Made by a program: the position numbers and the translations under genes. The notes under the pieces were generated by a model that did no database searches, had not been told where the DNA came from, and saw nothing but the letters and a program-made list of their open reading frames with translations. Positions 1-9,533 of a DNA stretch of 64,000 nt are shown in pieces. Source of the DNA: an uncultured Pseudomonadota bacterium. Its GTDB lineage: Bacteria > Pseudomonadota > Alphaproteobacteria > RF32 > CAG-239. Within the stretch, counting starts at the first letter, position 1, and every line of letters begins with the position of its first letter. The stretch spans positions 10,038 through 74,037 of the forward strand of contig CASFJK010000009.1 in assembly GCA_949295025.1 (NCBI GenBank), in the 5' to 3' direction.

Positions 1-1133
1 ATTTTATTAACGGTTTCATTTAGTTTTTCTCGTAAATCATCAACTTCCAGATTTACATAGATTTGCGTGCTCTGTAATGATTTGTGGGTGAGGGCTTTCT
101 TGACCATAAAAGCATCAGCTCCATTGGCTAATAATGATGTCGCAAAGGTATGTCTTAAATCATGCAGGTGAAAATTGGTTATTTTTGCTCTCTTTAAGAT
201 TCCTTCCCACGTCTTTCGAACTCCGCCAATATGTCCACTTTTGGATGTTGTCGAGAAGAACACATATTCATTGTATCTCATATCTTTTAATTGATTGAGA
301 ATATCTATTGCTGCATTTACTAAAACAACATTAGCGTCATTTTGGGTTTTTGTTTCGGGAATCGTCCAAAGCTTTTCTTCAAGTTTAATGTCTTCCCATT
401 TCATTGAAAAGACATTACGTCTTCTTGCTCCTGTAAACCAAAGCATCATAATTGCAAATTTTGGTATAGAATCCTCAGTTTCATTGATAGCATTTCTAAA
501 CGATTCTAATTCATTTCCGCTTAGATGCCTTGTTCTTGCGATTTGCTTGTTAAGCTGCACGGCATTACCCGGATTAAATCCCTGATATATGTTTTGTTTG
601 ATGAAATGGTTATAAATGGTTCGCAGCAGAACGATTGTTTGATTTGCACAACGCTTACCATTGTTCAATGTCAATCTTTTATGAAGTATCTTAAGTTCAT
701 CAGGTGTTATTTGGGATATTTTCTTATTGGCAAGTGTAGATAGATAACGTTTCCACAAATCCTTATAATATTCCATTGTTATCGGGCGGATATGTTGTTC
801 TTTTTCATCCATAAAACGAGTATATAATTGTTCAAGAGAGGATTCGCCCGTTATCTTTTTTCGTTCCTCAATAGGGTTGATACCTTCTTTCATATTGATT
901 TTGGCCTTACGAGCGGCTTGTCGGGCATCGTCAACACTCATATAGGAAGGCTCTCCAAGCTTAACGCGTATCTGTTTTCCTAAAACAACTCCTCGGTAGT
1001 AAAAGCTCTTCGCTCCGCTTGGGGTTATTTGAAGCGACAAACCAACCTCTATTGTATCATAAACAAAAGTCCTTTTTGTCGGAGCTGGTAAGTTTTTAAT
1101 ATTTGCATTTGTGAATTTGAATTTCTTATCCAT
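1..1133 (-). CDS. int: P4-type tyrosine integrase (last few C-terminal residues lie beyond window start)
   Basis: Absent from ORF track because it is open at base 1. Manual minus-strand translation from ATG (1133..1131): MDKKFKFTNANIKNLPAPTKRTFVYDTIEVGLSLQITPSGAKSFYYRGVVLGKQIRVKLGEPSYMSVDDARQAARKAK (DUF4102-like arm-binding N-terminus) ... FHLHDLRHTFATSLLANGAD ... LTHKSLQSTQIYVN (HxxR, second His and catalytic Tyr of tyrosine recombinases). 377 codons with no stop. Confidence 0.85.
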   Translation of the reverse strand, partial: MDKKFKFTNANIKNLPAPTKRTFVYDTIEVGLSLQITPSGAKSFYYRGVVLGKQIRVKLGEPSYMSVDDARQAARKAKINMKEGINPIEERKKITGESSLEQLYTRFMDEKEQHIRPITMEYYKDLWKRYLSTLANKKISQITPDELKILHKRLTLNNGKRCANQTIVLLRTIYNHFIKQNIYQGFNPGNAVQLNKQIARTRHLSGNELESFRNAINETEDSIPKFAIMMLWFTGARRRNVFSMKWEDIKLEEKLWTIPETKTQNDANVVLVNAAIDILNQLKDMRYNEYVFFSTTSKSGHIGGVRKTWEGILKRAKITNFHLHDLRHTFATSLLANGADAFMVKKALTHKSLQSTQIYVNLEVDDLREKLNETVNK

Positions 1134-1280
1134 GTGTCTATTCCGTGCCTACACAGTGCCTACTTTTTTATCTATTTTGAGAAAATCAAGTAAAGCAAGC
1201 GATGAAGAAGTATTATTAAATTTCTATGTAAAACAGTATATTACAATAAGATGAAAAGGCAAGCTGAAATATTAAAAAAT

Positions 1281-1333
1281 AATGAGCAACAGTTTAGGAA
1301 ACTGTTGCTCTATCCTGATGAGCTACGCGCCGC
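1281..1333 (-). pseudogene. tRNA-like 5' half (5' acceptor strand, D-arm, anticodon arm with CCU anticodon, Arg-like) lacking T-arm and 3' acceptor strand
   Basis: Minus strand reads GCGGCGCG-TA-GCTC-ATCAGGATA-GAGC-A-ACAGT-TTCCTAA-ACTGT-TGCTC, then AT-rich non-tRNA sequence. No T-loop or complementary acceptor strand occurs in the ~150 nt before int. The same bases also form a 10-bp hairpin (GAGCAACAGT/ACTGTTGCTC). Confidence 0.4.
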
Positions 1334-1436
1334 TTTTTTTATAATTTTTTTTGCAATAAATTTCAAGAAATAAAGTGGAAATTAATCAATATGAGATTAT
1401 ATTAAAAAAATGATGAAATATCTTGAGGAAAATCTC

Positions 1437-2582
1437 ATGAGTAAAAAACTGTATTTGCTCGTTGTGTCGTATCTTTTTTTATCAACCCAACCTGTGCAAG
1501 CCAAACAGTTTAATTATGAAAATTGGATATTTAATGCCGGCGCCAATGCCAAAGTTTTGTATGGATATAATTCTTTTTCGCATAAATATGATTCAGTTAA
1601 CGACAAAGACCAAACCTATACTTCACTGAACTTAAACTTTTCTGCCGCATATAATTTTAGTCAAGATTATCAACTAGGTATTTATTATTTGCCTGATTCC
1701 AGCGGTACAGAATATTTGAAGAATTATGAACCAAGAGAATGGGATCATCAAGTTTATGGTGCGCTGCAAACCCCATATGGACAATTTCAAGTCGGTATGA
1801 ACTATAACGTGGCTTATCTGATGTATGTCGGTGCACCTTCGGTTGGAGCTTTAAGTGTTAACGACAGTGGTCTTACCGATTTTTTGAACAACCCCAACTG
1901 GAACCGAATAGGTGGCAAGGCAGCTTTTTATCCAACCTTGGATTCTACCAGATTAGATACCGATAATATTGCGCCGAAGTTATCTTATTTAAGTCCGGTT
2001 TTCAAGGGAACACAAATCGGTTTTTCATACATGCATTCAGCATATAGCCGCGAAGGTTTGCTCAATGGTTATGCCCCTTATTATGATAATGAGGCTTATG
2101 TTATAGCCGTGAGTAATGAACATCAGTTTGGCAGTATTAATGTTTCATCTTATGCCGGTTATGGCTTATATGTTAACGACCATCAAGATATGAGTTTTGG
2201 TGTAAGTTTAAACTATGCTAATTGGACCTTAGGCGGTTCTTATCGCCAAACTGATGCTGATAGTGATAATCCGATAAATCAGCAAATCAATAATGCTCTG
2301 ACACCGGCATATTATGATGGTTTTCGTGATGGCAAAGTTTGGAATATCGGTTTGAGTTATAATTATGAAAATTTTACAACAGGTGTTAGCTATTTTGAAG
2401 CTATGGCGCAAAAGACCGATAATCGTGACCAAGTTATCCAATGGGCAAATCAATATCAGCTTGATGATTATTGGTCATTATATGCAACAATAGGATATGT
2501 GCGTTTTGAAGGGCTAACCGGAACTGCTGCTGATAGTAATGAAGGTTGTAGTTTTGTGACCAGTGTCGGATTTAATATCTAG
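1437..2582 (+). CDS. Outer-membrane beta-barrel / porin-like protein
   Basis: ORF 1410..2582. GAGGA lies 7 nt upstream of ATG 1437, which favours the signal peptide MSKKLYLLVVSYLFLSTQPVQA. The mature protein is Tyr/Asn/Gly-rich with alternating beta-strand-like segments and an aromatic-rich C-terminus, and a terminator follows. Family not identifiable by eye. Confidence 0.5.
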   Translation: MSKKLYLLVVSYLFLSTQPVQAKQFNYENWIFNAGANAKVLYGYNSFSHKYDSVNDKDQTYTSLNLNFSAAYNFSQDYQLGIYYLPDSSGTEYLKNYEPREWDHQVYGALQTPYGQFQVGMNYNVAYLMYVGAPSVGALSVNDSGLTDFLNNPNWNRIGGKAAFYPTLDSTRLDTDNIAPKLSYLSPVFKGTQIGFSYMHSAYSREGLLNGYAPYYDNEAYVIAVSNEHQFGSINVSSYAGYGLYVNDHQDMSFGVSLNYANWTLGGSYRQTDADSDNPINQQINNALTPAYYDGFRDGKVWNIGLSYNYENFTTGVSYFEAMAQKTDNRDQVIQWANQYQLDDYWSLYATIGYVRFEGLTGTAADSNEGCSFVTSVGFNI

Positions 2583-2593
2583 TTAGAATAAAC

Positions 2594-2626
2594 AAAAAGT
2601 CCCCGTCAAAAGGCGGGGATTTTTGT
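2594..2626. terminator. Bidirectional rho-independent terminator between convergent genes
   Basis: AAAAAG-TCCCCGTC-AAAA-GGCGGGGA-TTTTTG: GC-rich 8-bp stem flanked by an A-tract and a T-tract. Confidence 0.8.
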
Positions 2627-2640
2627 TTATAAAATTAAAC

Positions 2641-3753
2641 TTATTTCAAATCTTGAGCGAGTTTGTTCAAGAATTTGATTTGTGTATCAGCAATTTTTTC
2701 AACACTATCCACTTCCACATATTCACCTTCGGCATGCATGCCTTCACCGGTACCTGAGTGCATAATTACGATGGAACCGCGAACGGCAAATGCTCTTGAA
2801 TCTGTAGCGCCGCCGATATGTTCAAATTCGAGCGGATGACCGAGAGCTTGCTCGGCAAAATGTTTGTAGTCCAAAATATAAGGGTCGTTTTCATCCATCA
2901 CAACCGGTGTGCTTTCAGAAGAAATTTTGTATGTAGCCCCTTGAACCATGCACTTATCCAAATTGCGTTTCAGGTTTTCAACAGTAGAATTTTCGGTCAA
3001 ACGAAAATCCAAAACCGCCTCGGCATGACGTGCAATTACGTTGCTGACTTCACCACCATTCATAATGGCAACATGTACGGTATCAATCCATTTGTCTTGA
3101 GGGTTAACACCGCCTTTAGAGTAGTAAGGATAAATCTGACGAATGTTATGTAATGTTTCCATCAAAATCTCGTTTGCATCTATTCCCTCCCAAGGAGTAG
3201 AACCATGAGCAGCTTGACCTTCTGCCATAATCTTAACAAAAACCGGATTTTTGCATTTGGAAACGATTTTGTTAATATCACCGCCAACATCATTATCTAA
3301 AACAATCTTTGCTTTCAGATTCGGGTGAGCTTCCATAAAAGCATGAGTGCTTTTTGAGCCTTTTTCTTCATCGGTAGAAAGAATAACCGCAAATTTGAGC
3401 GGAAGTTTATTCTTCAAAACATGTTCCAAAGAGTTAAGTGCAACAGCAGCAAAAGACTTCATATCCAAAGAGCCGCGGCCATAGAGTTTGCCATCTTTAA
3501 TATAGGGTGAAAACATATCATCAGTTGCCGGCACAACATCTAAGTGGCCTAAGCAAACCACGTCATAATTATCGGTTTCAATGTTGCTTAAAAACAGCAC
3601 CGGAGAAGCATTATCAAAATGATAAATACCACCTTTAACATCTAAGCCGTCAAAGAGCGATTTGGCATATTCCAAACATTTTTCAATCTCTGGGATATTT
3701 CCGGTTTCGGTCCGAAAACGCATTAAGTTTTGCGCAATATCAATCACCTTCAT
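2641..3753 (-). CDS. M20-family metallopeptidase (ArgE/DapE/CPG2-like deacylase)
   Basis: Motifs CLGHLDVVPA, GRGSLDMKS, LSTDEEKGS and AHGSTPWEG match the metal-binding/catalytic signatures of peptidase family M20. 370 aa. Confidence 0.8.
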   Translation of the reverse strand: MKVIDIAQNLMRFRTETGNIPEIEKCLEYAKSLFDGLDVKGGIYHFDNASPVLFLSNIETDNYDVVCLGHLDVVPATDDMFSPYIKDGKLYGRGSLDMKSFAAVALNSLEHVLKNKLPLKFAVILSTDEEKGSKSTHAFMEAHPNLKAKIVLDNDVGGDINKIVSKCKNPVFVKIMAEGQAAHGSTPWEGIDANEILMETLHNIRQIYPYYSKGGVNPQDKWIDTVHVAIMNGGEVSNVIARHAEAVLDFRLTENSTVENLKRNLDKCMVQGATYKISSESTPVVMDENDPYILDYKHFAEQALGHPLEFEHIGGATDSRAFAVRGSIVIMHSGTGEGMHAEGEYVEVDSVEKIADTQIKFLNKLAQDLK

Positions 3754-3848
3754 ATTTTTAATCCTTTATGTCAGTTTTTTACGTTTTATTCATCATATTA
3801 AGAGATAATAACCATAATAGGATAAGAAAAGATTAAGGGGAGAAAAAA

Positions 3849-4355
3849 ATGAAGGCTGCAGTACTTGCGCTTATTGGTTTGTTTATGTCAATTTCAAGCG
3901 CTCTTGCTCAAGCCCTTCCGGATGAAGGGGAGAGCGGTTTGACGCTTCCTCGTTTTGTATCATTGCGTTCAAATCATATTAATGCGCGTTCCGGTCCGGG
4001 AGCCAGATATCCGATTGAATGGGTATATATGCAAAAAAGGGCTCCGGTTCAAATTGTTGCAGAATTTGAGTTGTGGCGCAAAATCAAAGATTGGCAAGGA
4101 GCAGAAAGCTGGATGCACAAATCCATGTTGTCAGGAAAACGTACAGTAAAAGTAATAACCCCCGGAGAAAACAACATTTATAATAAAGCCGATTATCAAT
4201 CAAAAATCTTAGCCAAAGTAGAAGATGAAGTTGTCGGTGAGGTTATAAAATGTCCTTCCGGAAGCTCATTTTGTTTAATAAAATTTGATTCCATAGAAGG
4301 ATGGATGCCCAAAAATAATTTATTTGGAATATTCCCTGACGAAGTTATTGATTAA
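3849..4355 (+). CDS. Secreted SH3-like domain protein (DUF1058 type)
   Basis: Signal peptide MKAAVLALIGLFMSISSALA. LPRFVSLRSNHINARSGPGARYPIEWVY...ELWRKIKDWQGAESWMHKSML fits the bacterial SH3-like DUF1058 pattern typical of Alphaproteobacteria. Confidence 0.7.
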   Translation: MKAAVLALIGLFMSISSALAQALPDEGESGLTLPRFVSLRSNHINARSGPGARYPIEWVYMQKRAPVQIVAEFELWRKIKDWQGAESWMHKSMLSGKRTVKVITPGENNIYNKADYQSKILAKVEDEVVGEVIKCPSGSSFCLIKFDSIEGWMPKNNLFGIFPDEVID

Positions 4356-4384
4356 AAAAAAGCTCTCTTTTGAGAGCTTTTTAT
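4354..4384 (+). terminator. Rho-independent terminator
   Basis: AAAAAAA-AGCTCTC-TTTT-GAGAGCT-TTTTAT immediately after the stop codon. Confidence 0.75.
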
Positions 4385-4456
4385 TTGCATTACATAAAAA
4401 GAACTGTTATAAGCAGTTTCGGATAATAATTATTAATTTTTAAATATTTTTATTTT

Positions 4457-5062
4457 ATGAGAACAGATTTTTATTTTATTCGTCATGGTCAAACAGATAA
4501 TAATGCATTAAATGTCTGGCAAGGCAAAGATAGTAATGCCGCATTAAATGAAAAAGGTATTAATCAGGTTAAAATTTTAGCTGAAAAACTGGATGAGTTA
4601 CATATAGAGCGTTTATATACCAGCAATTTAAGGCGAGCAGAACAAACTGCCCGATTAATATCGATTCGTTGTGATGTTCCGGTTTATGTCAATACCGAGC
4701 TGAGAGAAGTAGATTATGGTGTCGCAGAAGGTTTGCCTGTAGAAAATGTTTTCAAAATGTATCCAAGCGTTGCTCAGTTGTGGTATAATCCCAATCCGCA
4801 AAGGTTTGATAATCATTTTGAAGAAGGAGAAAGCCATTTAGATGTCTTAAATCGTGTCTTTCCTCTGTTAGATAATATCATCCGTTTTCAAAGACAGAAA
4901 CTGCAAATGCCGGAATGGAGAATAGGCATTGTATCTCATGCCGGTGTTATAAGTACAATCATGGCTGCATTAGGTGTAAAAAATCCTAAAATTAGCAACT
5001 GTGAGGTTGTTCATATAGTTCACGATGATGACTATTATCATTTTAATGGAAAATTATTTTAA
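4457..5062 (+). CDS. Histidine phosphatase family protein (phosphoglycerate mutase-like)
   Basis: N-terminal FYFIRHGQTDNN (RHG catalytic motif) and a distal VSHAGVI His motif. 201 aa. Confidence 0.8.
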   Translation: MRTDFYFIRHGQTDNNALNVWQGKDSNAALNEKGINQVKILAEKLDELHIERLYTSNLRRAEQTARLISIRCDVPVYVNTELREVDYGVAEGLPVENVFKMYPSVAQLWYNPNPQRFDNHFEEGESHLDVLNRVFPLLDNIIRFQRQKLQMPEWRIGIVSHAGVISTIMAALGVKNPKISNCEVVHIVHDDDYYHFNGKLF

Positions 5063-5082
5063 TAAAAAACTGTTTTGACCAT

Positions 5083-5118
5083 AAAAAAAGCTCTGATTTT
5101 TTATCAGAGCTTTTTTTT
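5083..5118. terminator. Bidirectional rho-independent terminator
   Basis: AAAAAAAGCTCTGAT-TTTTT-ATCAGAGCTTTTTTTT between convergent genes. Confidence 0.8.
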
Positions 5119-5123
5119 ATATC

Positions 5124-6521
5124 TTATTTACCGATTTTAATTTTATCCAACAGTTCTTTAACCGAAGGAATACCGTTACGATAGAGTGGATCTGTTGCAA
5201 AACGATAAACCTGATGACCGGCAAACAACAAATTGTCTTTAATGCTGCCGCCATGGCTGATATCATAAAGTGTTTTATGAATGCAGTAAGAACGAGGATC
5301 AGGCAATCTGCCGGTTGTTCCGTTAGCTTGAGACCAAGTAGAAAATTGGCATTGAGAAAGACAACCCACGCAGTTGGCTCGGTCTAACTTCATTTGCTGC
5401 CAATCTTCAGGAGTCATAAATACCACCGTATTATCCGGCGTTTCTTTAATTTCGGTCAAACCGGCAGCAATCTGCTTTTGTGCTTTTTCCACATCTTCCG
5501 GTTTAATGTAATAAGTTTTACGTTCACTAATTTTCAACGGAGCAGAAAACTCTTCAGTTTGCGATTCGCTAAAAGCAATTTCGCCATCTTTGCGAGCCAT
5601 CAATTTTTCCAAGAAAGTGTTTTTGATGGCCGAAGAGAAAAATCCGGTTGGGCTAAAGCGTTGTAAAATAACATCTCCTTTTTTAAGTTGGAGCATCAAT
5701 TTTTGCCAAGCTTCGCTAATAGGGCTTTCTTTTGTTACCATCGGTCTTGTTCCGAATTGGAAGGCAATTTTGCCAATATCCGGATTATCAATATAATCGT
5801 CCCATTCTTCCAAATTCCAAACACCACCGGCCATAATGATTGGCAAATCATTCAAGCCAAGATTGTTCAAAGTTTTTCTGAGCTCAACCAAACGCTCATA
5901 AGGAGATTGCGGTTTGGTTGGATCTTCGGCATTGGATAAACCATTGTGACCACCGGCCAACCACGGATCCTCATAAACAACACCACCCAAAAATTCTTTA
6001 AAGTTGGCATAAGCGCGTTTCCACAAAATTTGGAAAGCACGAGCAGAAGAAACAATAGGATAATAGTAGACACCAAAATGAGATGCAATTTCACCCAATT
6101 TATAAGGCAAACCGGCACCACAAGTAATACCGTGAATCAAACCTTTTGCTTTTTCCAAAACACCGTTCAAAATTTGTTCAGAACCGCCGAGTTCCCAAAG
6201 CATATTCATGTGGATTCGACCATTGCCACCGGCAATTTCGTGAGCAATTTGAGCCTGAGCAATTCCTCCGCGGATAGATTGTTCAATCATCTCTTGATGA
6301 CGTTCTCTGCGGTCTTTTTTCAAATATTGTTCCAAAATGACATTTCCCTGAGCATCATAATAATCGGGACTAACGCCGGAAAAAGTACCAACGCAGTTTT
6401 CATGAGCCCAAGCACCGGAGCTTCTACCGTCGGAGGCATTAATACCCTTGCCGCCTTCAATTAACGGATAGACTTCCTTACCGGAAATCATAATCGGATT
6501 AAGTTGTTTCAAAATATTCAT
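5124..6521 (-). CDS. Nitronate monooxygenase / 2-nitropropane dioxygenase-like TIM-barrel flavoprotein (long form)
   Basis: 465-aa ORF with GITCGAGLPY and PIIMAGGVWN segments resembling NMO-family FMN-binding strands. Family call is from memory of the pattern only. Confidence 0.5.
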   Translation of the reverse strand: MNILKQLNPIMISGKEVYPLIEGGKGINASDGRSSGAWAHENCVGTFSGVSPDYYDAQGNVILEQYLKKDRRERHQEMIEQSIRGGIAQAQIAHEIAGGNGRIHMNMLWELGGSEQILNGVLEKAKGLIHGITCGAGLPYKLGEIASHFGVYYYPIVSSARAFQILWKRAYANFKEFLGGVVYEDPWLAGGHNGLSNAEDPTKPQSPYERLVELRKTLNNLGLNDLPIIMAGGVWNLEEWDDYIDNPDIGKIAFQFGTRPMVTKESPISEAWQKLMLQLKKGDVILQRFSPTGFFSSAIKNTFLEKLMARKDGEIAFSESQTEEFSAPLKISERKTYYIKPEDVEKAQKQIAAGLTEIKETPDNTVVFMTPEDWQQMKLDRANCVGCLSQCQFSTWSQANGTTGRLPDPRSYCIHKTLYDISHGGSIKDNLLFAGHQVYRFATDPLYRNGIPSVKELLDKIKIGK

Positions 6522-6614
6522 CCTTTAAAATTTATTTTACCTGCCAAGCACGATAACACAAAAAAATTTTATTGTAGAGAAAAAAATAATCCTTACCCTG
6601 AATTTTTCTTTCTT

Positions 6615-8096
6615 TTATGAGTTTGGAAGAGCCAAATCCAATAAATTTTGCGGAATATCATTAATTGAAACTAAGGCAATGATAATGCAAATAAGAGCAT
6701 ATACCTGAATCATCTGCATAATTGCTCGATTCTTTAAGATAGGTAGATAATCGTAATATTTATTAATGGCAAAGTTTATCCCGAGCATAATCATGGTCAC
6801 AACAATTGCTTGTATACCCAAACCTATAGATAAAATATCATCGGCAAAAGGAAGCAACATCTTGTATAAAAAAGCAAAAAACAGCATATAAACAGTTAAA
6901 ACAACATAAGAAATAATCTGCATCTTATGGTCGAGAGCAAGTTTTTCTTCTTTGTTTTTTTGCATATGCTCCATTGTCAAAGTTTCCACTTCCATACCAC
7001 GAATTTTTTCAGGGGTTTCTCTTTGTTTTTTGATGTTAGAAAGATTGTGATAAAATTTGTCTTCCACCATGCAAAGACCACATCCTTTAGAAGTAAAATA
7101 CACATGGTTTTTATCTTTTTTGCAAATTTTCAAATTGTGCATCAACTTCCACAAATGCTCTTGCCATTCCTGAGCAGTAGGTCTGCTTCCGCTTTTGGTA
7201 AAGGCTCGTTCAAACATTTCCAGAGTATCTTTATCAAAATATTCATGAATACTATACGGGTGAGGCGCTTGATAACTATCAGGCCATAAGCCGTATGCAT
7301 AGTGATATTGTTCGATTCGGTCTTGAATCGTCAACATTTGAGAGTCATTTTTGCGAGGCGTTCCAGAGAAAGGATGTATGCCGTTATTAAGCAGGCGAAA
7401 GATAATAACGGCAAGAGCAAATTTATCTTGTTCTTCGCCCATATCGGCGCAGTTTTGCTCCATTCCTTCCGGATAAATATATTCTTCACTTACAAATTCG
7501 GCCGGATAACGTCCATATTCACCTTTAATGGAAAAACCGTCGCAGTCAACCATCGCCACCATCATATTGTTTTTGTAAACAGACACGTTAGATGGTTTCA
7601 AATCGACAATATAGTGTTCACATTTATGCAAAGCCGTGACCATAGAGGCCAAATTATATGCTGCAAAAATACGATAAGCATAACTTTCCGGCAAGTTTAG
7701 CTTTTTTCTAATGGCTTTTTGCATCAAATGGTCAAGAGAAACCGCATCATTCATTTTGATAAAAGGCATCAGATAACCAACGCAAAAACCGTTTTCATCT
7801 TCAAGGAGGGCTTCCGGCCATGCAATCTGCACATAGTTAACACCATCAATCACGGCATCGGGAAAATGCGGGCGATTCAAGAGCATGGCTTCCAGTTTTT
7901 GACGATTTGTACTGCTTTTACTTTTAGAGTGAAAAATTTTAACCACTTGATTAGGGTTATCTGCATTCAGATAGATTTTTCCGGCTGCTCCGCCTTTATG
8001 AATCAGCTCTCCCAAACGAACCTTTTCAAAATGTCCGTCTCCGTAAACGGCATTAAATTCAGTCAGACTATCTGTTTGCACCATATTTTCCATCAA
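6615..8096 (-). CDS. Ser/Thr protein kinase-like protein with C-terminal 3-TM membrane anchor (kinase arm of TerY-P-type triad)
   Basis: GGAAGKIY...VVKIFH (Gly-loop/Lys), EHYIVDLKPSNV (catalytic loop) and VDCDGF (DFG-like). C-terminal hydrophobic segments ISYVVLTVYMLFFAFLY, ILSIGLGIQAIVVTMIMLGINFAI and MIQVYALICIIIALVSI. Its start abuts the upstream PP2C stop. Confidence 0.8.
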   Translation of the reverse strand: MMENMVQTDSLTEFNAVYGDGHFEKVRLGELIHKGGAAGKIYLNADNPNQVVKIFHSKSKSSTNRQKLEAMLLNRPHFPDAVIDGVNYVQIAWPEALLEDENGFCVGYLMPFIKMNDAVSLDHLMQKAIRKKLNLPESYAYRIFAAYNLASMVTALHKCEHYIVDLKPSNVSVYKNNMMVAMVDCDGFSIKGEYGRYPAEFVSEEYIYPEGMEQNCADMGEEQDKFALAVIIFRLLNNGIHPFSGTPRKNDSQMLTIQDRIEQYHYAYGLWPDSYQAPHPYSIHEYFDKDTLEMFERAFTKSGSRPTAQEWQEHLWKLMHNLKICKKDKNHVYFTSKGCGLCMVEDKFYHNLSNIKKQRETPEKIRGMEVETLTMEHMQKNKEEKLALDHKMQIISYVVLTVYMLFFAFLYKMLLPFADDILSIGLGIQAIVVTMIMLGINFAINKYYDYLPILKNRAIMQMIQVYALICIIIALVSINDIPQNLLDLALPNS

Positions 8097-8843
8097 CTAC
8101 AACCTTGCCCATAAAAGAGTTTTATCATCAGAATTCAGGCGTCGAGCTTTGGCATCATTTAACGTATTTGCCAAGGCGCGCCGAGCCTTAATTTTGCTTT
8201 TTTCTCCGCTCAAAAAACTATGAATCGGCAAAATAAATTGTTTTTCTATCTTTCTAAAATCAGCAGAAAAAGAAAAATTAGTCAATCCATCGCTCATCAA
8301 AAAAACGGCATCGGCTTTTTCAAAAGGGGTAAAACGCAAATTTTCCATCCAGTTTTCTTGCGTATAGAAAAAAGTTTCGCAAGAAAAATTGCCGTTAGAT
8401 GGGGGTGATGCCGTGAAATTATTGATATCATTTTCACAAATTGCTAAAGCAGCCCCATCGCCGATATGAAAGAAAATGCCTTTATCTTTGTGGTATACCA
8501 CCCCCACAATGGTTGCGGCAAAATTCATCATGCCATGAGAAGAATGTGTTTTGTTAAAACGATGTCGCAAAACTTTTGCCCGAGCTATTTCAATCGCATG
8601 ATAAACGGCATTTTGCACATTTGCAAAAGTGACGTTTTGCAATAAATCAATCAAGGTATGGCATACAATTCTGGCACCGATTTTGCCAAATTTTGCCGAC
8701 CCGGCACCGTCAGAAACCACAGCTACAAAATTTTTTCCGGTGGTCGTATGCTTGCAATAATCTTGGCAAGGCATGTTTTTATTACAATGCAAAGGTCCCT
8801 GAATGGTAGCCGAAATAACCTTTATTTTATTTGTCTTCTTCAT
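8097..8843 (-). CDS. PP2C-family protein phosphatase (PP2C_2-like)
   Basis: ORF 8097..8879; the likely start is MKKTNKIKV at 8843. VAVVSDGAGSAKFGKIGARIV and VFLMSDGL are metal-binding Asp motifs typical of bacterial PP2C_2. Overlaps the vWA gene end. Confidence 0.75.
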   Translation of the reverse strand: MKKTNKIKVISATIQGPLHCNKNMPCQDYCKHTTTGKNFVAVVSDGAGSAKFGKIGARIVCHTLIDLLQNVTFANVQNAVYHAIEIARAKVLRHRFNKTHSSHGMMNFAATIVGVVYHKDKGIFFHIGDGAALAICENDINNFTASPPSNGNFSCETFFYTQENWMENLRFTPFEKADAVFLMSDGLTNFSFSADFRKIEKQFILPIHSFLSGEKSKIKARRALANTLNDAKARRLNSDDKTLLWARL

Positions 8844-9519
8844 CCCAATCTCCGGTGTCTTCCAATAAATCGGGCACATTTGGAGCTGCTTTTGAAATGC
8901 AAGAAACAGAACGACTGAGCCATAAGAAAAATTCGGTAAACTTTAGTCCGGTCAAACGTTTGGGAGACATGATAGAAAACTTAGCCAGTTTTTCCAAATT
9001 AGCATCTTGGGTTCCAACCGCATGGACAACAACTTTTTTGTTTTGTTGCGCATATCGGCATTTTTCGGCAATTTGCTCCCAATCATAATCTGTAGGCTCG
9101 CCATCGCTGATAAGAAAAATCCACGGACGTTTTGAGGTGATTCCGCAACTATCATAAAGACATTTTTGTTCTTCAATTTTTTGCATGGCCAATTCCATGG
9201 CTTTTCCGAGAGGGGTTAAACCACCGGCTTCCATGGTAGGAGCAGTAAAGTTCATGGCATCGGTCCAATCAGAAGAAACAACGGCCTCGTCTTTGCCAAA
9301 AGCTTTAATAATCAAAAGTTGGACACGAGAACTGGCATCAATATCTTCTTTAAGTTCTTTTTCCAAGGCTTTTAGACCGGCATTAAGTTGCTTAATGGGT
9401 TCTCCGCGCATGGAACCGGAGCAATCCAACACCAAAACACAAGGAGTCCTTTCGTTTGCATTGTCTGCAAACTCAACATAAGGAATCATATCATCCATAA
9501 AATCATTATCAGCAACCAT
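8827..9519 (-). CDS. TerY-like von Willebrand factor A domain protein
   Basis: MIDAS motif VLVLDCSGSM, GGLTPLG and FLISDGEPTD. 230 aa, the size and layout of TerY/YegL-type vWA proteins. Confidence 0.8.
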   Translation of the reverse strand: MVADNDFMDDMIPYVEFADNANERTPCVLVLDCSGSMRGEPIKQLNAGLKALEKELKEDIDASSRVQLLIIKAFGKDEAVVSSDWTDAMNFTAPTMEAGGLTPLGKAMELAMQKIEEQKCLYDSCGITSKRPWIFLISDGEPTDYDWEQIAEKCRYAQQNKKVVVHAVGTQDANLEKLAKFSIMSPKRLTGLKFTEFFLWLSRSVSCISKAAPNVPDLLEDTGDWDEEDK

Positions 9520-9533
9520 AAGCCACTCCTTTT

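Noticed and set aside
5394-6464. Plus-strand ORFs (5394..5666, 5590..5796, 5688..5939, 5946..6464) within the NMO-like gene
   Set aside because: All are antisense to a 465-aa ORF with flavoenzyme-like motifs and flanking terminators. They are short, overlap each other in different frames, and have low-complexity translations.
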